Below are positions 9,000-18,837 of a stretch of 64,000 bases of DNA, piece after piece. The first letter of the stretch is position 1. The number at the start of each line of letters is the position of its first letter. The translations under genes and the position numbers were made by a program. Where the stretch lies: the IMG/VR virus record IMGVR_UViG_3300017739_000002; one strand, written 5' to 3'. Source of the DNA: an uncultured virus (IMG/VR IMGVR_UViG_3300017739_000002). Taxonomy: Duplodnaviria > Heunggongvirae > Uroviricota > Caudoviricetes. Below the pieces are notes generated by a model, which was not told the origin of the DNA, made no database searches, and worked only from the letters and a program-made list of their open reading frames with translations.

Positions 9000-9629
9000 T
9001 TAATTTAGTTTGGAAAGTGTTTCGACTTGAAAGGCGTCGAAAGTGCCTGTGTTGTTTAGTTCAACATCAAAATCCCACCCTGCCCAACTCCATTCACTTG
9101 CATGTACTTCGGGGAATACAACGTTCATTGAATTGTTTGGTTCTTTATTAGTTTTATTTTGATTGACATTACATGCAGTTGCCCACCATAAAGGCTTATC
9201 ATGTCTCCAGACTACGGCAGTAGTACCGCCTAATTTTTTAATAATTTTAAGTTCATTAAAAAATCTACAGTCTGAAATTACTACATTTTTTGTTGCCATC
9301 TCAACTTGCCTTTCACAGGCGGCAACCCAAATGTCTGGATGGAAATGTGTACGCAATACATCAGTACCAACATACTGTAATGCATAACGTGGAGTAAAGT
9401 TAGGAATATCTAAACGTTTGCTCCACCATTCATCTGGCATTTCTCTAAATGCTCTACTTTCAGGTGTGTTTCCTTCTAGAAGAATTCTATCCCAACCAAA
9501 AATACTTGCACACGCATCTTTCAATACACCTGCAAAACTGATTCTTTGATATCCTTCCGCAATAAGAAAACCTGCGGCGGAGTCTTTACCATGGCCAATA
9601 AGGCCACAAATGCCAATAACTTTTTTCAT
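9000..9629 (-). CDS. gp1: Deoxynucleoside monophosphate kinase
   Basis: GICGLIGHGKD P-loop, SFAGVLKD, TPRYALQYVGT, VISDCRF.NE, HASE motifs. Confidence 0.92.
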   Translation of the reverse strand: MKKVIGICGLIGHGKDSAAGFLIAEGYQRISFAGVLKDACASIFGWDRILLEGNTPESRAFREMPDEWWSKRLDIPNFTPRYALQYVGTDVLRTHFHPDIWVAACERQVEMATKNVVISDCRFFNELKIIKKLGGTTAVVWRHDKPLWWATACNVNQNKTNKEPNNSMNVVFPEVHASEWSWAGWDFDVELNNTGTFDAFQVETLSKLN

Positions 9630-9635
9630 GTGTTT

Positions 9636-9664
9636 ATTATACTAAGAAATTTTAAGTTTGTCAA
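9636..9664 (-). promoter_or_regulatory. Consensus sigma70 (early) promoter for dNMP kinase
   Basis: TTGACA (9664..9659), 17-nt spacer, TATAAT (9641..9636). Confidence 0.85.
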
Positions 9665-10398
9665 CCGATAACAAATGTTAGCGGAGTACTTCCTTCATTA
9701 TAAAGTGTAAGTTCTGTTTCTAATTTGTCTATATCTTGTTGAGCATCAGTACGTAACTGATCTGCGTTCATTGTAGTACCACCTTGTGGTCCTGCAATCT
9801 GTGTAAACTTACCACGTGCTTCTGCAAGCATCAATCTTACATGAGCAAATGCATAGTCTTTTAACCAAGGAGACGCATATGTATCTTCTAATAAGTTTTC
9901 TTCAGGTCTATACATATAAACATGCAATACTACATCATCTTCTGCTTTTATCATTCTTTGTAAAAACAGACGTTTGGATTGCGGTCTCCAAGTAAACATA
10001 AGTTCTGCACCAAATAGTCTACCCATTGTTTCTCTATACTGATGTAAGAAATCAAACATTGTTAAGCCACCAGGTCTATGGGCTCCTAACATATATGTAT
10101 TAAGGTAAGCCGCCTGGAAAGGTTCAATGTCATTACCAGTTCCACTGCTAACACCAGTTGTACGTCTGTAAATGTCTTTTACTTCCATTATTTCATTTGG
10201 TAAAGTATATTCGTTTTGCTCTTTTTGTAAAGTTAGCATAACAAAAGATTCTTCAACTGCATTTTCTGCCCTTTGGCGATACTTTGCAATACTTTTTTCA
10301 ATGGCTAATTCGTAATGTTCAGGATCAAGCTCTACGTCAACCATTTGGCCGCCTAGTCTTAGTTCCATTTCTTTGATTAATTTAGATCTCATACTCAT
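9661..10398 (-). CDS. gp13: Neck protein
   Basis: LRLGGQMVDVEL..., WLKDYA.A....AEARGKF...PQGGTTMNA, C-terminal FVIG; late promoter AATAAATA 10423..10416. Confidence 0.88.
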   Translation of the reverse strand: MSMRSKLIKEMELRLGGQMVDVELDPEHYELAIEKSIAKYRQRAENAVEESFVMLTLQKEQNEYTLPNEIMEVKDIYRRTTGVSSGTGNDIEPFQAAYLNTYMLGAHRPGGLTMFDFLHQYRETMGRLFGAELMFTWRPQSKRLFLQRMIKAEDDVVLHVYMYRPEENLLEDTYASPWLKDYAFAHVRLMLAEARGKFTQIAGPQGGTTMNADQLRTDAQQDIDKLETELTLYNEGSTPLTFVIG

Positions 10399-10408
10399 TG
10401 GTGTACCT

Positions 10409-10735
10409 CTACTTGTATTTATTACAGAAGTGTAGGCAGACATCACTTGGGTTACTAATCCAGCCTGGATAATATATATTTTCTTGATATTGTTTGTGTT
10501 TTGCTATATCTTCTAATGTATGATGGTTTAAACTATTCCAATTTGGATTATCTACAAGACTTTGTTCATAGTTTTTATCTCTAACTGGTACTTCGTCAGC
10601 AATATTACGTTCACCATATATACTTGCATAATGACAACATGGAAATACCTGCATACTACTATCCAAGTAAAATCCTCTTAGTGTTTCACTATGACAAAAA
10701 CAGTCTACTTTGCAATTCTTGTCTTGTTCGCTCAT
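10409..10735 (-). CDS. Stand-alone SPASM/twitch-like Fe-S domain protein
   Basis: C...FYLDSSMQVFPCC...NSLNHHTLEDI...CLHFC matches the SPASM/twitch pattern; overlaps the radical SAM gene. Confidence 0.65.
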   Translation of the reverse strand: MSEQDKNCKVDCFCHSETLRGFYLDSSMQVFPCCHYASIYGERNIADEVPVRDKNYEQSLVDNPNWNSLNHHTLEDIAKHKQYQENIYYPGWISNPSDVCLHFCNKYK

Positions 10736-11303
10736 CTACTTGTCCATATATGCCATTAGGCCATTTAAAATTTATAGGGATATTATTACTATCTGCAAAT
10801 TCTTTTGCATCATCTGCTTGGTGTACGTTCCAATCAAATATTAAAAAATCCCATGTACCTTTGCCACCATGTAAAAACCATGTAGTCATATTTTCCCATG
10901 ATTTTTTAAAGTTTACACCTTCTCTATATTTCCAATTTACATCATGTGTAATTCCATCAATACTCCAAGTAATTTTCAGTCTTTTATTTTTACTATTCAG
11001 TGCATAAAAATCTGCATTTCTTAAACCACCATTTGTATTAATACTAACGTAACCAATATTAGATAGACGTGTAATAAAATCCTGAATACGAGGATGCATC
11101 ATTGGATCACCATATTCACCACATAAGTCATAGGTAATGCCTAGATCTACTGTTTTTTCAACAATAGCATCTAGTTCGCTATCAGTCATATGTTTAAGGA
11201 CAAGCCAAGGTACAGTTTCACCAGTTTCAGTGACTGTACGTCGGCATGTCCTACACTTTGCTTGACAATAATTTGTTATATTAAGTTCTAAACTGTAATC
11301 CAT
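10689..11303 (-). CDS. Radical SAM enzyme (core domain only)
   Basis: CQAKCRTC (CxxxCxxC), GEYGDPMMHP, INTNGG, WSIDG, YREGVNF, NVHQ motifs. Confidence 0.9.
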   Translation of the reverse strand: MDYSLELNITNYCQAKCRTCRRTVTETGETVPWLVLKHMTDSELDAIVEKTVDLGITYDLCGEYGDPMMHPRIQDFITRLSNIGYVSINTNGGLRNADFYALNSKNKRLKITWSIDGITHDVNWKYREGVNFKKSWENMTTWFLHGGKGTWDFLIFDWNVHQADDAKEFADSNNIPINFKWPNGIYGQVDERTRQELQSRLFLS

Positions 11304-11304
11304 G

Positions 11305-12570
11305 CTACTTGTATATAGCAAGAATCACCGTTTCTTTGTTAAATCTACCATTCAACTTTGTGTCTGTAGTTTTAAGAGACTCAAACTGCTTAGTTGCCCT
11401 AATCTTTGTTGTCTTTTTAAACATACTAAGTTGCTCTTGAGGTTTACGTAGTGTTTTCTGTAAACTACTTGCTTCATCATAGTTAACAAGACTTGTACCT
11501 TTAACTGCAAAGCCATCACTATCTGTAGAAATATAAATTCCCAACTTACGATTCTTACAGTTGAACACAATACATGCTACTGCACCTATAATCTTTTCAG
11601 GTGGTTCACTAGCAATACCATGATCTGTATCACTTACTTTGTATTGCAACTTCTTAACCTTATCAGCCGCACTCTTTTCTTTTATTTTACGTGGCTTACG
11701 TTGCGATTTGCTCTCTGCAATAACAATATCACAAGCATCCATAATCTTTTTGTAAAGTAATAGTGCCGCCTTCTTTTGATTATTATCATAGTGTTCATAA
11801 CCTTCAGCAAGTTGTGACCACATATCTGCTTCATGTTCATCCATACGTTTTAGTTGACCCGCATTTGGTATGTTATTAAGCAATACCATTTCATCATAAA
11901 TTCCTTCATAAAAAAGTTTTATAATTCTTGCATGGTTTGCTTTTGTGCCTACACGTCTAAATGTACGTACAGGATCAAACTTTTTAACTATAGCAGGATC
12001 TGGATTAGTAATCCATTCATCAACTACTTCTTCAATATCCTTTGTCATTGCAAAAGCAGTATCTCGCATAACTTCTTGAATTGTGGGTTTGTAAAGGTTA
12101 CCAAGTCTAGCCTTTTCAGCCTTATCTTTTGCTTCTTTTTCTTCTACAAGCAATTTACCTTGTGCAATAGATTCATCTATTTTAGATTTCATATATTCAC
12201 TTAAAGGATGTACGTTACCGCCTGTACCAGGAAGTGTTTGCCAATAGTCATCTTCTTTCTGATTGAAATCTGGCATACCATTAAGTAGTAGTTTTGCATA
12301 GATACCAATATACACACCTACATGTGTTGCCGCCTTATAACAACGTACATCATTTTTATTATAGCCATTTTGTAGCATCCATGTATGTGTATGTACATGC
12401 ATATCTGCAGGTTTTGTTAAGGTATAATATTGATCAATAGCATGACGTTTAATTGTATGAAATTTTTTGCCGTCCCAAGTTTCCCAACCAGTCCAATCTT
12501 GATCTTGAAATCCTGTTTTGCGATTCACTCGCTGTTTTCTAGATTTACGTGGTATCTTCTTTAAAGCCAT
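11305..12570 (-). CDS. Conserved phage hypothetical protein (early)
   Basis: Long basic ORF with AAGGAG SD before ATG 12570, preceded by a sigma70 promoter. Confidence 0.6.
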   Translation of the reverse strand: MALKKIPRKSRKQRVNRKTGFQDQDWTGWETWDGKKFHTIKRHAIDQYYTLTKPADMHVHTHTWMLQNGYNKNDVRCYKAATHVGVYIGIYAKLLLNGMPDFNQKEDDYWQTLPGTGGNVHPLSEYMKSKIDESIAQGKLLVEEKEAKDKAEKARLGNLYKPTIQEVMRDTAFAMTKDIEEVVDEWITNPDPAIVKKFDPVRTFRRVGTKANHARIIKLFYEGIYDEMVLLNNIPNAGQLKRMDEHEADMWSQLAEGYEHYDNNQKKAALLLYKKIMDACDIVIAESKSQRKPRKIKEKSAADKVKKLQYKVSDTDHGIASEPPEKIIGAVACIVFNCKNRKLGIYISTDSDGFAVKGTSLVNYDEASSLQKTLRKPQEQLSMFKKTTKIRATKQFESLKTTDTKLNGRFNKETVILAIYK

Positions 12571-12604
12571 AACAAACTCCTTAAACATTTGCAATTATGT
12601 ACTT

Positions 12605-12644
12605 ATAATAAACTCTTCCTAAAGTCTTGTCAAGTGCATAAATA
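12605..12644. promoter_or_regulatory. Back-to-back promoters: sigma70 leftward, late rightward
   Basis: Minus strand TTGACA (12633..12628)-17 nt-TATTAT (12610..12605); plus strand CATAAATA 12637..12644 before gp14. Confidence 0.8.
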
Positions 12645-12662
12645 CAATATAAGGAACATTCT

Positions 12663-13724
12663 ATGCCAAGACTGAGTTTATACAAGCCCTATAAAAGCAA
12701 CGACTACAAATTTATGGACTGGAATATCCGTGAGCAGTTCGATATTGGTGGTACAGCAATACATGTACACAAGTACTTAGGTCCAAAACCACAATATGAC
12801 CTTGAAGATCCGAGTGAACCGAACTATGGTAGTGGCTTAGAGACAGATAAAAATGGAAATGAAGTAAATCCATTTGGGCAAATTAACGAAACAAACATTC
12901 AAGACTTGCTATTCATGGAAAACAGAGATCGCAAGTACGATCCTGACATATATGAACTAAGAGGCGTATATAATGTCAGTGATAATGACTTTGATCTAAC
13001 CCAATTTGGTTTATTCCTTACAAACGATACATTGTTTATTACATTTCATATGAATGACATGGTAGAGCGTTTAGGTAGAAGACTAATGCCTGGAGACGTA
13101 CTAGAATTACCACATTTACGTGATGATTTATTGCTATCATATGAAAGAGATGCTATTAACAAATTTTATGTTGTGCAAGATGCCGCCAGAGGAAGTGAAG
13201 GCTTTAGCCAAACATGGTTCCCACACATTTGGCGTGTAAAGGTTGCACCACTAACAGATACACAAGAATATGCAGATATATTAGGTTCTGCAGATGATCC
13301 GGATTCACTTAAAAACGATATTTCTACATATCAAACAGAAATTAACATAAGTGATGCTATAGTTGAATCAGCTGAACAGGCAAATCCAACAAACTTACCA
13401 CTTACTGAACACTTATTTGGAAGAGACGAAAGTGATCCAACATATGAGCATGGAGAAACATTAGAACAGGGAGATCAATTCCCGGTTAATCCAAATGATG
13501 GAGAGTACTTTATAAGAACAGACTTCAAACCACAAAGATTGTTTGTGTTTAGAGGAAGTAGATGGCATAGACTGTATGATAATGTCATGGAGAAAACATG
13601 GAGCGATAGAACTTACAATGCCGCAGAATTTATCAACAATGACGACACAACAGTTGTTGGTAACCAAGAAACTCCGGAAAAAGTGCCATTGTCAAAAGTT
13701 ATTAAGCCTAAGGAAGACTTTTAA
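12663..13724 (+). CDS. gp14: Neck protein
   Basis: DLLFMENRDRKY, FDLTQFGLFL, F...MVERLGRRLMPGDVLELP resembles gp14 and directly precedes gp15. Confidence 0.8.
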   Translation: MPRLSLYKPYKSNDYKFMDWNIREQFDIGGTAIHVHKYLGPKPQYDLEDPSEPNYGSGLETDKNGNEVNPFGQINETNIQDLLFMENRDRKYDPDIYELRGVYNVSDNDFDLTQFGLFLTNDTLFITFHMNDMVERLGRRLMPGDVLELPHLRDDLLLSYERDAINKFYVVQDAARGSEGFSQTWFPHIWRVKVAPLTDTQEYADILGSADDPDSLKNDISTYQTEINISDAIVESAEQANPTNLPLTEHLFGRDESDPTYEHGETLEQGDQFPVNPNDGEYFIRTDFKPQRLFVFRGSRWHRLYDNVMEKTWSDRTYNAAEFINNDDTTVVGNQETPEKVPLSKVIKPKEDF

Positions 13725-15088
13725 TGCCAGTAAAACAACAATTCTTTTATGACAAACAAATTAGACGCTACATACAACAGTTTATAAGACTGTTCAGTGG
13801 ATTTAGTGTGCAAATGGGCCACAGTGATGACAAATTACCTATTTTTCATAGTGTGCCTGTGAGATATGGTGACATAAATCGTATGGCGGCTCATATTCAA
13901 CGTGAAAATTCGGAAAACATGACAAATACAGTTCCATTTATAAGTTGTTATGTTAATAATGTTGATATGGCACCTGAAAGAAGACAATATCAGGGTAATG
14001 TAGAAAAGGTACAAGTATTTGAAAAGAAATATGACGAGTCTTCACAAGAGTATCTTAACGAAGTAGGTAATAGATACACTATTGAGCGACATCAGCCAGT
14101 ACCTTACTTTATGGATATGAATTGTGATATATGGACTAGTAATACTGACCAGAAATTACAGTTACTTGAACAGATTATGGTTTTATTCAATCCAACACTA
14201 AACATCAGAACAACTAATAATCCTTTTGACTGGACATCACTAAGTTATGTTGAAATGACTAATACAACATGGAGTAGTAGAAGTGTTGGAAGTACTATTG
14301 ATGATATGATTGATGTTGCTACATTAACATTTAGAATGCCAATACTTATAACACCACCAGCAAAAGTAAAACAACAAAAACTTATCTATAATATAATTAG
14401 TGAACTATATAGTTTAGATGATGAAAACTTAGATTCATTTAAACGTAAAGATTCATTTGACAAAACAACATTACAGTACACTATTGTTACATTTGAAGAT
14501 AGAAAGTTAAAATTCGACAATAACAATGCAAGTTTGCTTAATAAAAATGGTTCAAAACTAAATGACAGTGGTAACACATTAGACTGGAGTGAAGAACTCA
14601 GACCTTTTGGAGAATTACGAGAAGGTATAAGTCAAATTAGACTACGCAAGTCTAGTGACCCAAGTGATAAAGCAAATGATATTATTGGTAGGATTGAATT
14701 CGATCCAAATGATGTAAACTTATTAAAAGTTACTGTTGATACTGCTACTTTGCCAACAAATACACTTTCAAACATTGATGGAATTTTAAATCCAAGTGCA
14801 TCTTTTCCAGGAGATGGTAATGTACCAGCGGCGGCATTAGGTCAACGTTATCTTATTACTAATGCTACACCAATTAACACAAACTGGACAAACGTAGTGG
14901 CAAACAAAAACGATATTGTAGAATATAACGGTACTGCATGGGTTGTATCCTTTGACAGTCAAAACAATAACAATCAACAGTATGTCCTAAACAATGCAAC
15001 CTTAGATCAATTTGAATGGAATGGCACAGAATGGTTTAACGCATTTGAAGGAATATACAAACCAGGATTTTGGCGACTATACCTATAA
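13724..15088 (+). CDS. gp15: Tail terminator / sheath stabilizer
   Basis: FFYDKQIRRYI..F, VPVRYG, PVPY...IW...DQKLQLLEQI...FNP motifs of gp15, plus a C-terminal extension. Confidence 0.88.
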   Translation: MPVKQQFFYDKQIRRYIQQFIRLFSGFSVQMGHSDDKLPIFHSVPVRYGDINRMAAHIQRENSENMTNTVPFISCYVNNVDMAPERRQYQGNVEKVQVFEKKYDESSQEYLNEVGNRYTIERHQPVPYFMDMNCDIWTSNTDQKLQLLEQIMVLFNPTLNIRTTNNPFDWTSLSYVEMTNTTWSSRSVGSTIDDMIDVATLTFRMPILITPPAKVKQQKLIYNIISELYSLDDENLDSFKRKDSFDKTTLQYTIVTFEDRKLKFDNNNASLLNKNGSKLNDSGNTLDWSEELRPFGELREGISQIRLRKSSDPSDKANDIIGRIEFDPNDVNLLKVTVDTATLPTNTLSNIDGILNPSASFPGDGNVPAAALGQRYLITNATPINTNWTNVVANKNDIVEYNGTAWVVSFDSQNNNNQQYVLNNATLDQFEWNGTEWFNAFEGIYKPGFWRLYL

Positions 15089-15549
15089 TGATAAAAGCAA
15101 GTGGATGTCTATTTTTATCGGTGGACACCGGGCGTGTATTGCTCCAACAACGGAGCGGTAGCGTAAACCACCCACGAACCTGGGCGTTTTTTGGCGGCAA
15201 GGCTGAAAAGTATGAGCGACCTATACAAACATTACTACGTGAATGTGAAGAAGAGCTAGGCGTACTGCCTGATATCAATAAAGTATTTCCACTTAACCAA
15301 TTTATAAGCCCAGATAAAAAGTTTGAATACAATACTTTTGTAATAGCAGTATTTGAAGAATTTATTCCTATGTTGAATAATGAAAGTGAAGGTTATGCTT
15401 GGGTAAGAATAGGTAATTGGCCACGTCCATTACACCCTGGTGTAAAGGCACAGTTATATAATAGAGAACTAATTAAGAAAGTAAAAACCATCCTTGATAC
15501 TTGTACAAAGGATGGTCCTAATTGGTTAGATGATTTTTACAGTGATTAA
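15088..15549 (+). CDS. Nudix hydrolase
   Basis: Nudix box GGKAEKYERPIQTLLRECEEELG; TAATG coupling to gp15. Confidence 0.9.
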   Translation: MIKASGCLFLSVDTGRVLLQQRSGSVNHPRTWAFFGGKAEKYERPIQTLLRECEEELGVLPDINKVFPLNQFISPDKKFEYNTFVIAVFEEFIPMLNNESEGYAWVRIGNWPRPLHPGVKAQLYNRELIKKVKTILDTCTKDGPNWLDDFYSD

Positions 15550-16643
15550 GTAATCTTTTTCTTCATGCTTTCTACAAACATTTCCCTTAACCATTCAAAA
15601 TCATTAATTTTATTTAATGCGTCTATGTTATCTTTATTTTCTTGACCATAGGCTTTGCCTTCTAATGCACCCTTAATACAATACCGTCCGAAACGTTCGC
15701 CATTATCAATAGTACACCATGCTTCTAAACGTGCATCTGTTTCTGCTTGTTTTTGGTTAGGGTTAACACTTGATGCTAACTTAACACACTCTCTAAATGC
15801 ACTACGCCATGTACGATAAGGGTCTTTATTAAATCTTGTTATGTTTGATATATCTGCTACTGGTTGATAAAAACTTACACCAGTAGTAAAGTCAGGAAGA
15901 ACGTGTCCCATCTCCATTAACTGTTTTTTAGGAAATAATTTCACTGCACCATATCCATATTCTAGGTCATTGATTGGATTACGAGCTGACCATACGTATG
16001 TGGTGTTACTTCTTTTACTCATTGGTGGTATATAATCAAATTTAAAATCGTCCATGATGTCTGCGTCTGCATCAACAATATAAACCATTTCACTTTTTGC
16101 CATTTCACCCACTTTTTTATGTGCATTAGCAATTCCTTCAACATTTTTAACATGTTGAACTTCAGGAAAGTCTGCCTTTAGTTTTGCAAAGTTTCTATCT
16201 GCTTCAGCTTCATGGAAACTAATCATAAAAATGTCAAAATCTGCGTCATGATGTGATCCATGAATTTTATTTTTTACTACACCATAACTAAATCCACTTG
16301 TTGGTACAAGTTTGATATCTCCCCAACGTACTGCTCTTTTGCTTCTACGTCCTACTCTGGGAAATGCGTGTATTAAGTTTTTACCTAAATCTGATGGTCT
16401 ATAATGCCACGGAAAGTTTGATGTTATATTTGCGCCTTCTGTATGAATCCATACCATAGGTGCTTCATCCTTATATTCGAATGCTATCGTTAATAGTTCG
16501 GATTCATCAGTAACATTATGTTCTGTTGCACACACTGGATAACTATCAAAAATATACTTTTTAAGTCTATCAAATGGTGTAATTACACTCTGTCCTTTGA
16601 AGCCCAATAAATCTGTTTTTGTTAAATTAGTGTTTCCAATCAT
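15546..16643 (-). CDS. GT-A fold glycosyltransferase-like protein
   Basis: VYIVDADA (DxD), VEGIANAH, YGYGAVKLFP, WRSAFRECVKL; the N-terminal half looks like a degenerate copy of the same fold. Start ATG 16643 is likely. Confidence 0.65.
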   Translation of the reverse strand: MIGNTNLTKTDLLGFKGQSVITPFDRLKKYIFDSYPVCATEHNVTDESELLTIAFEYKDEAPMVWIHTEGANITSNFPWHYRPSDLGKNLIHAFPRVGRRSKRAVRWGDIKLVPTSGFSYGVVKNKIHGSHHDADFDIFMISFHEAEADRNFAKLKADFPEVQHVKNVEGIANAHKKVGEMAKSEMVYIVDADADIMDDFKFDYIPPMSKRSNTTYVWSARNPINDLEYGYGAVKLFPKKQLMEMGHVLPDFTTGVSFYQPVADISNITRFNKDPYRTWRSAFRECVKLASSVNPNQKQAETDARLEAWCTIDNGERFGRYCIKGALEGKAYGQENKDNIDALNKINDFEWLREMFVESMKKKIT

Positions 16644-17310
16644 TAGTGTCTTCCAATTTGTAATTTTTTGTTCCAATATGAGCAATCATTTGGCTTGCTT
16701 CATTGTCAATAAGAATATCGTATCCTTTGTCTTTAAGTTTTTTGCAAAAGTATATATCTTCGCCTACTAAATTTGTATAATCTTCATTCCATTCTACGCA
16801 GAAGTAAGGTGATTCTATTTCTTTAAATACATTTGTATTTACTAACATACAACCTAACCCTACTGCAAAAACATTGCCGATTCCTGTTTTATTATAAAGC
16901 CTATCCTCTAAATCTCCTTCACTTGTAAAAGCAACGGGATATAATGGTTCAACTCTTGTACTATAATTACATGCTACAATATCTTTTCCATGCGTAAGTA
17001 ATCTTGTTAGTATATCTGCAGGAAATTTCATATCTGAATCTAACCATAATATATGTGTTGGGTTAGTTTCAAGAGCTTCTATAACTAATTGTTGTCTTTG
17101 CATTGCGACTTCGCTTCCAATGTTATAATGCAGGCTGATCTTTAGATTAGTCTCGCCACACTTTTTCATGAGCATAGCAAGACTATAACTAAAGCCCGCC
17201 GTTACATTATCACGCACAGGAACGCAAATTGCAACACGGACATTTTTATCTATTTTATGATAAAAGTTGGGTACGTCTACCAAGTTAGTCTTCGAGGATA
17301 TCTGTACCAA
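16627..17310 (-). CDS. Glycosyltransferase family 2-like protein
   Basis: VAICVP, HILWLDSDM (DxD), GLGCMLV, GEDIYFC, HIG. Confidence 0.85.
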   Translation of the reverse strand: MVQISSKTNLVDVPNFYHKIDKNVRVAICVPVRDNVTAGFSYSLAMLMKKCGETNLKISLHYNIGSEVAMQRQQLVIEALETNPTHILWLDSDMKFPADILTRLLTHGKDIVACNYSTRVEPLYPVAFTSEGDLEDRLYNKTGIGNVFAVGLGCMLVNTNVFKEIESPYFCVEWNEDYTNLVGEDIYFCKKLKDKGYDILIDNEASQMIAHIGTKNYKLEDTNDWKH

Positions 17311-17704
17311 GTTCTGCTTCGATTTCTCTCACAGATTCGTTTAGGGACTTAGCAAGTGCTACCGCACTCTTTACACATGCCTCAAATGCCTCATCTTTAA
17401 GACTTGCCATGTACTGCATATGTTCAGGTTGTACTTTACCAATAGTAAGTATGTCAATAGCCGCCATACGAGCTAATCTATCTACCCAATATTGTTCTTC
17501 TGTTTCTTCAATGTTAGCAATCAAAGCATCTACGTCATTGTCTTTTGCAAAGTCATCATAAATTGCTTGAATTACTGGTAGGTCTGGATGGTTTCCGGCT
17601 GTTGCAGATTCCAATTCCAGTTTTATCGCTTGTGCTTTCCTCTCCATAGTACTATGGGAGCCTAGCATGAATGTTTCTATTTCGAAACGTGTACGAATAC
17701 TCAT
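17285..17704 (-). CDS. Hypothetical protein, first gene of the glycosyltransferase operon
   Basis: AGGAG SD; 139 aa helical ORF overlapping the GT gene. Confidence 0.65.
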   Translation of the reverse strand: MSIRTRFEIETFMLGSHSTMERKAQAIKLELESATAGNHPDLPVIQAIYDDFAKDNDVDALIANIEETEEQYWVDRLARMAAIDILTIGKVQPEHMQYMASLKDEAFEACVKSAVALAKSLNESVREIEAELGTDILED

Positions 17705-17735
17705 ATTCTTTTTCTCCTGTGATGATAATGTATGT

Positions 17736-17790
17736 ATTATACATGAAATATAGGTGTTGTCAATAAAAATATTAACAACACCTATTTATA
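17736..17790 (-). promoter_or_regulatory. Tandem late (TATAAATA 17790..17783) and sigma70 (TTGACA 17763..17758, 16 nt, TATAAT 17741..17736) promoters overlapping a 16-bp inverted repeat
   Basis: Motifs read directly; inverted repeat ATAGGTGTTGTCAATA-AAAA-TATTAACAACACCTAT at 17750..17785. Confidence 0.7.
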
Positions 17791-17797
17791 TGTTGAA

Positions 17798-17983
17798 TTA
17801 TGGGCTAGATCCTGTAGAGTTAGGATTCTGCCATCCACCAAATGTTGCACTAAGCGAAATGCTAGTTGTAACTGAAGGTGAGATATAGTTACCTAAGTCT
17901 AGTAGTGAAGTCGTCCCTGATAATCCGAAATAATCTCTAACTGTGCCGATCGAGATTGTAGCACCTGTTGCTGGTAATGCCAT
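17798..17983 (-). CDS. Small Ser/Thr-rich virion or fiber-associated protein
   Basis: 61 aa MALPATGATISIGTVRDYFG..., AGGAG SD, late promoter CATAAATA near 18011-18018, follows the fiber genes. Confidence 0.6.
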   Translation of the reverse strand: MALPATGATISIGTVRDYFGLSGTTSLLDLGNYISPSVTTSISLSATFGGWQNPNSTGSSP

Positions 17984-18035
17984 TTCTAACTCCTATATTG
18001 TATACTTATTATTTATGCACCTTGGGTTCTATTCT

Positions 18036-18836
18036 CTATGTAACAATCTTAAAACCGCTAACTTCAATTTCATCATTTTCGTCTAACAAACCAATGTTAA
18101 ATGTAACATCAGTTCCACTTACTGAAAATTCATCTGGTCTTAATAGCTGTCTGTTTAAGAAAATATTAAACTGCTTTGCATTAGTTAAATCACTAAATGT
18201 AATTGTTACTGTTGCTGATGCGTTTGTTGTTGCGTCAGTGTTAGTTACTACATACACTGAGCCATGGAAACTTGTGAAGTCACTTGAAGATAACCCATCA
18301 CCGGCTCCTGTTTGTGTTGCTAGAGCAATCCAGTTGCCACCATGTGCATAATAAGCAAGGCCTGTTGCATGTACATGAGCAAACATACCATGATATGTTG
18401 TCGCATTTGGCAAATCAACTAGGTTATCATACTTGTTAGCAAATAATACTTTATTGCCTGCCAGGTCTAAATCTGCACCTTCTATTTCTGTTCTTGCTCT
18501 AGTATTTGTATAATATAAGTTTGTTGAACCTTCAGCTAGTGCATCAGTATTTGATAATGCTCCGCCAGTTACTGCTCCTGTAACATACGCCTGTGTTGCT
18601 AGTGTGCCATCTTCGTCGGGTAAAATAATATCTCTATCTGCTGTAACTGATGTGGCTTGAAGTTTTGCTTCAAAGTCATCAGGTACTGTGCCTTCAAAGA
18701 TTAACTTTGTGCCTTGTTTAATCCAAATATGTTGATCAGGATAAAATACAATATCCGAACCCACGGCACTAGTAATCTTTGTATCATTACCAGTATCTAA
18801 ATCAATTAGTGTATGATTCCCATGTTTAAAAGCCAT
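18036..18836 (-). CDS. Fiber/decoration protein
   Basis: Shares FEG...DR.I.LPD..GT and TD.L.EGS.NLYYT..R modules with neighbouring fibers and a C-terminal domain with 23420..27955. Confidence 0.65.
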   Translation of the reverse strand: MAFKHGNHTLIDLDTGNDTKITSAVGSDIVFYPDQHIWIKQGTKLIFEGTVPDDFEAKLQATSVTADRDIILPDEDGTLATQAYVTGAVTGGALSNTDALAEGSTNLYYTNTRARTEIEGADLDLAGNKVLFANKYDNLVDLPNATTYHGMFAHVHATGLAYYAHGGNWIALATQTGAGDGLSSSDFTSFHGSVYVVTNTDATTNASATVTITFSDLTNAKQFNIFLNRQLLRPDEFSVSGTDVTFNIGLLDENDEIEVSGFKIVT

Positions 18837-18837
18837 A

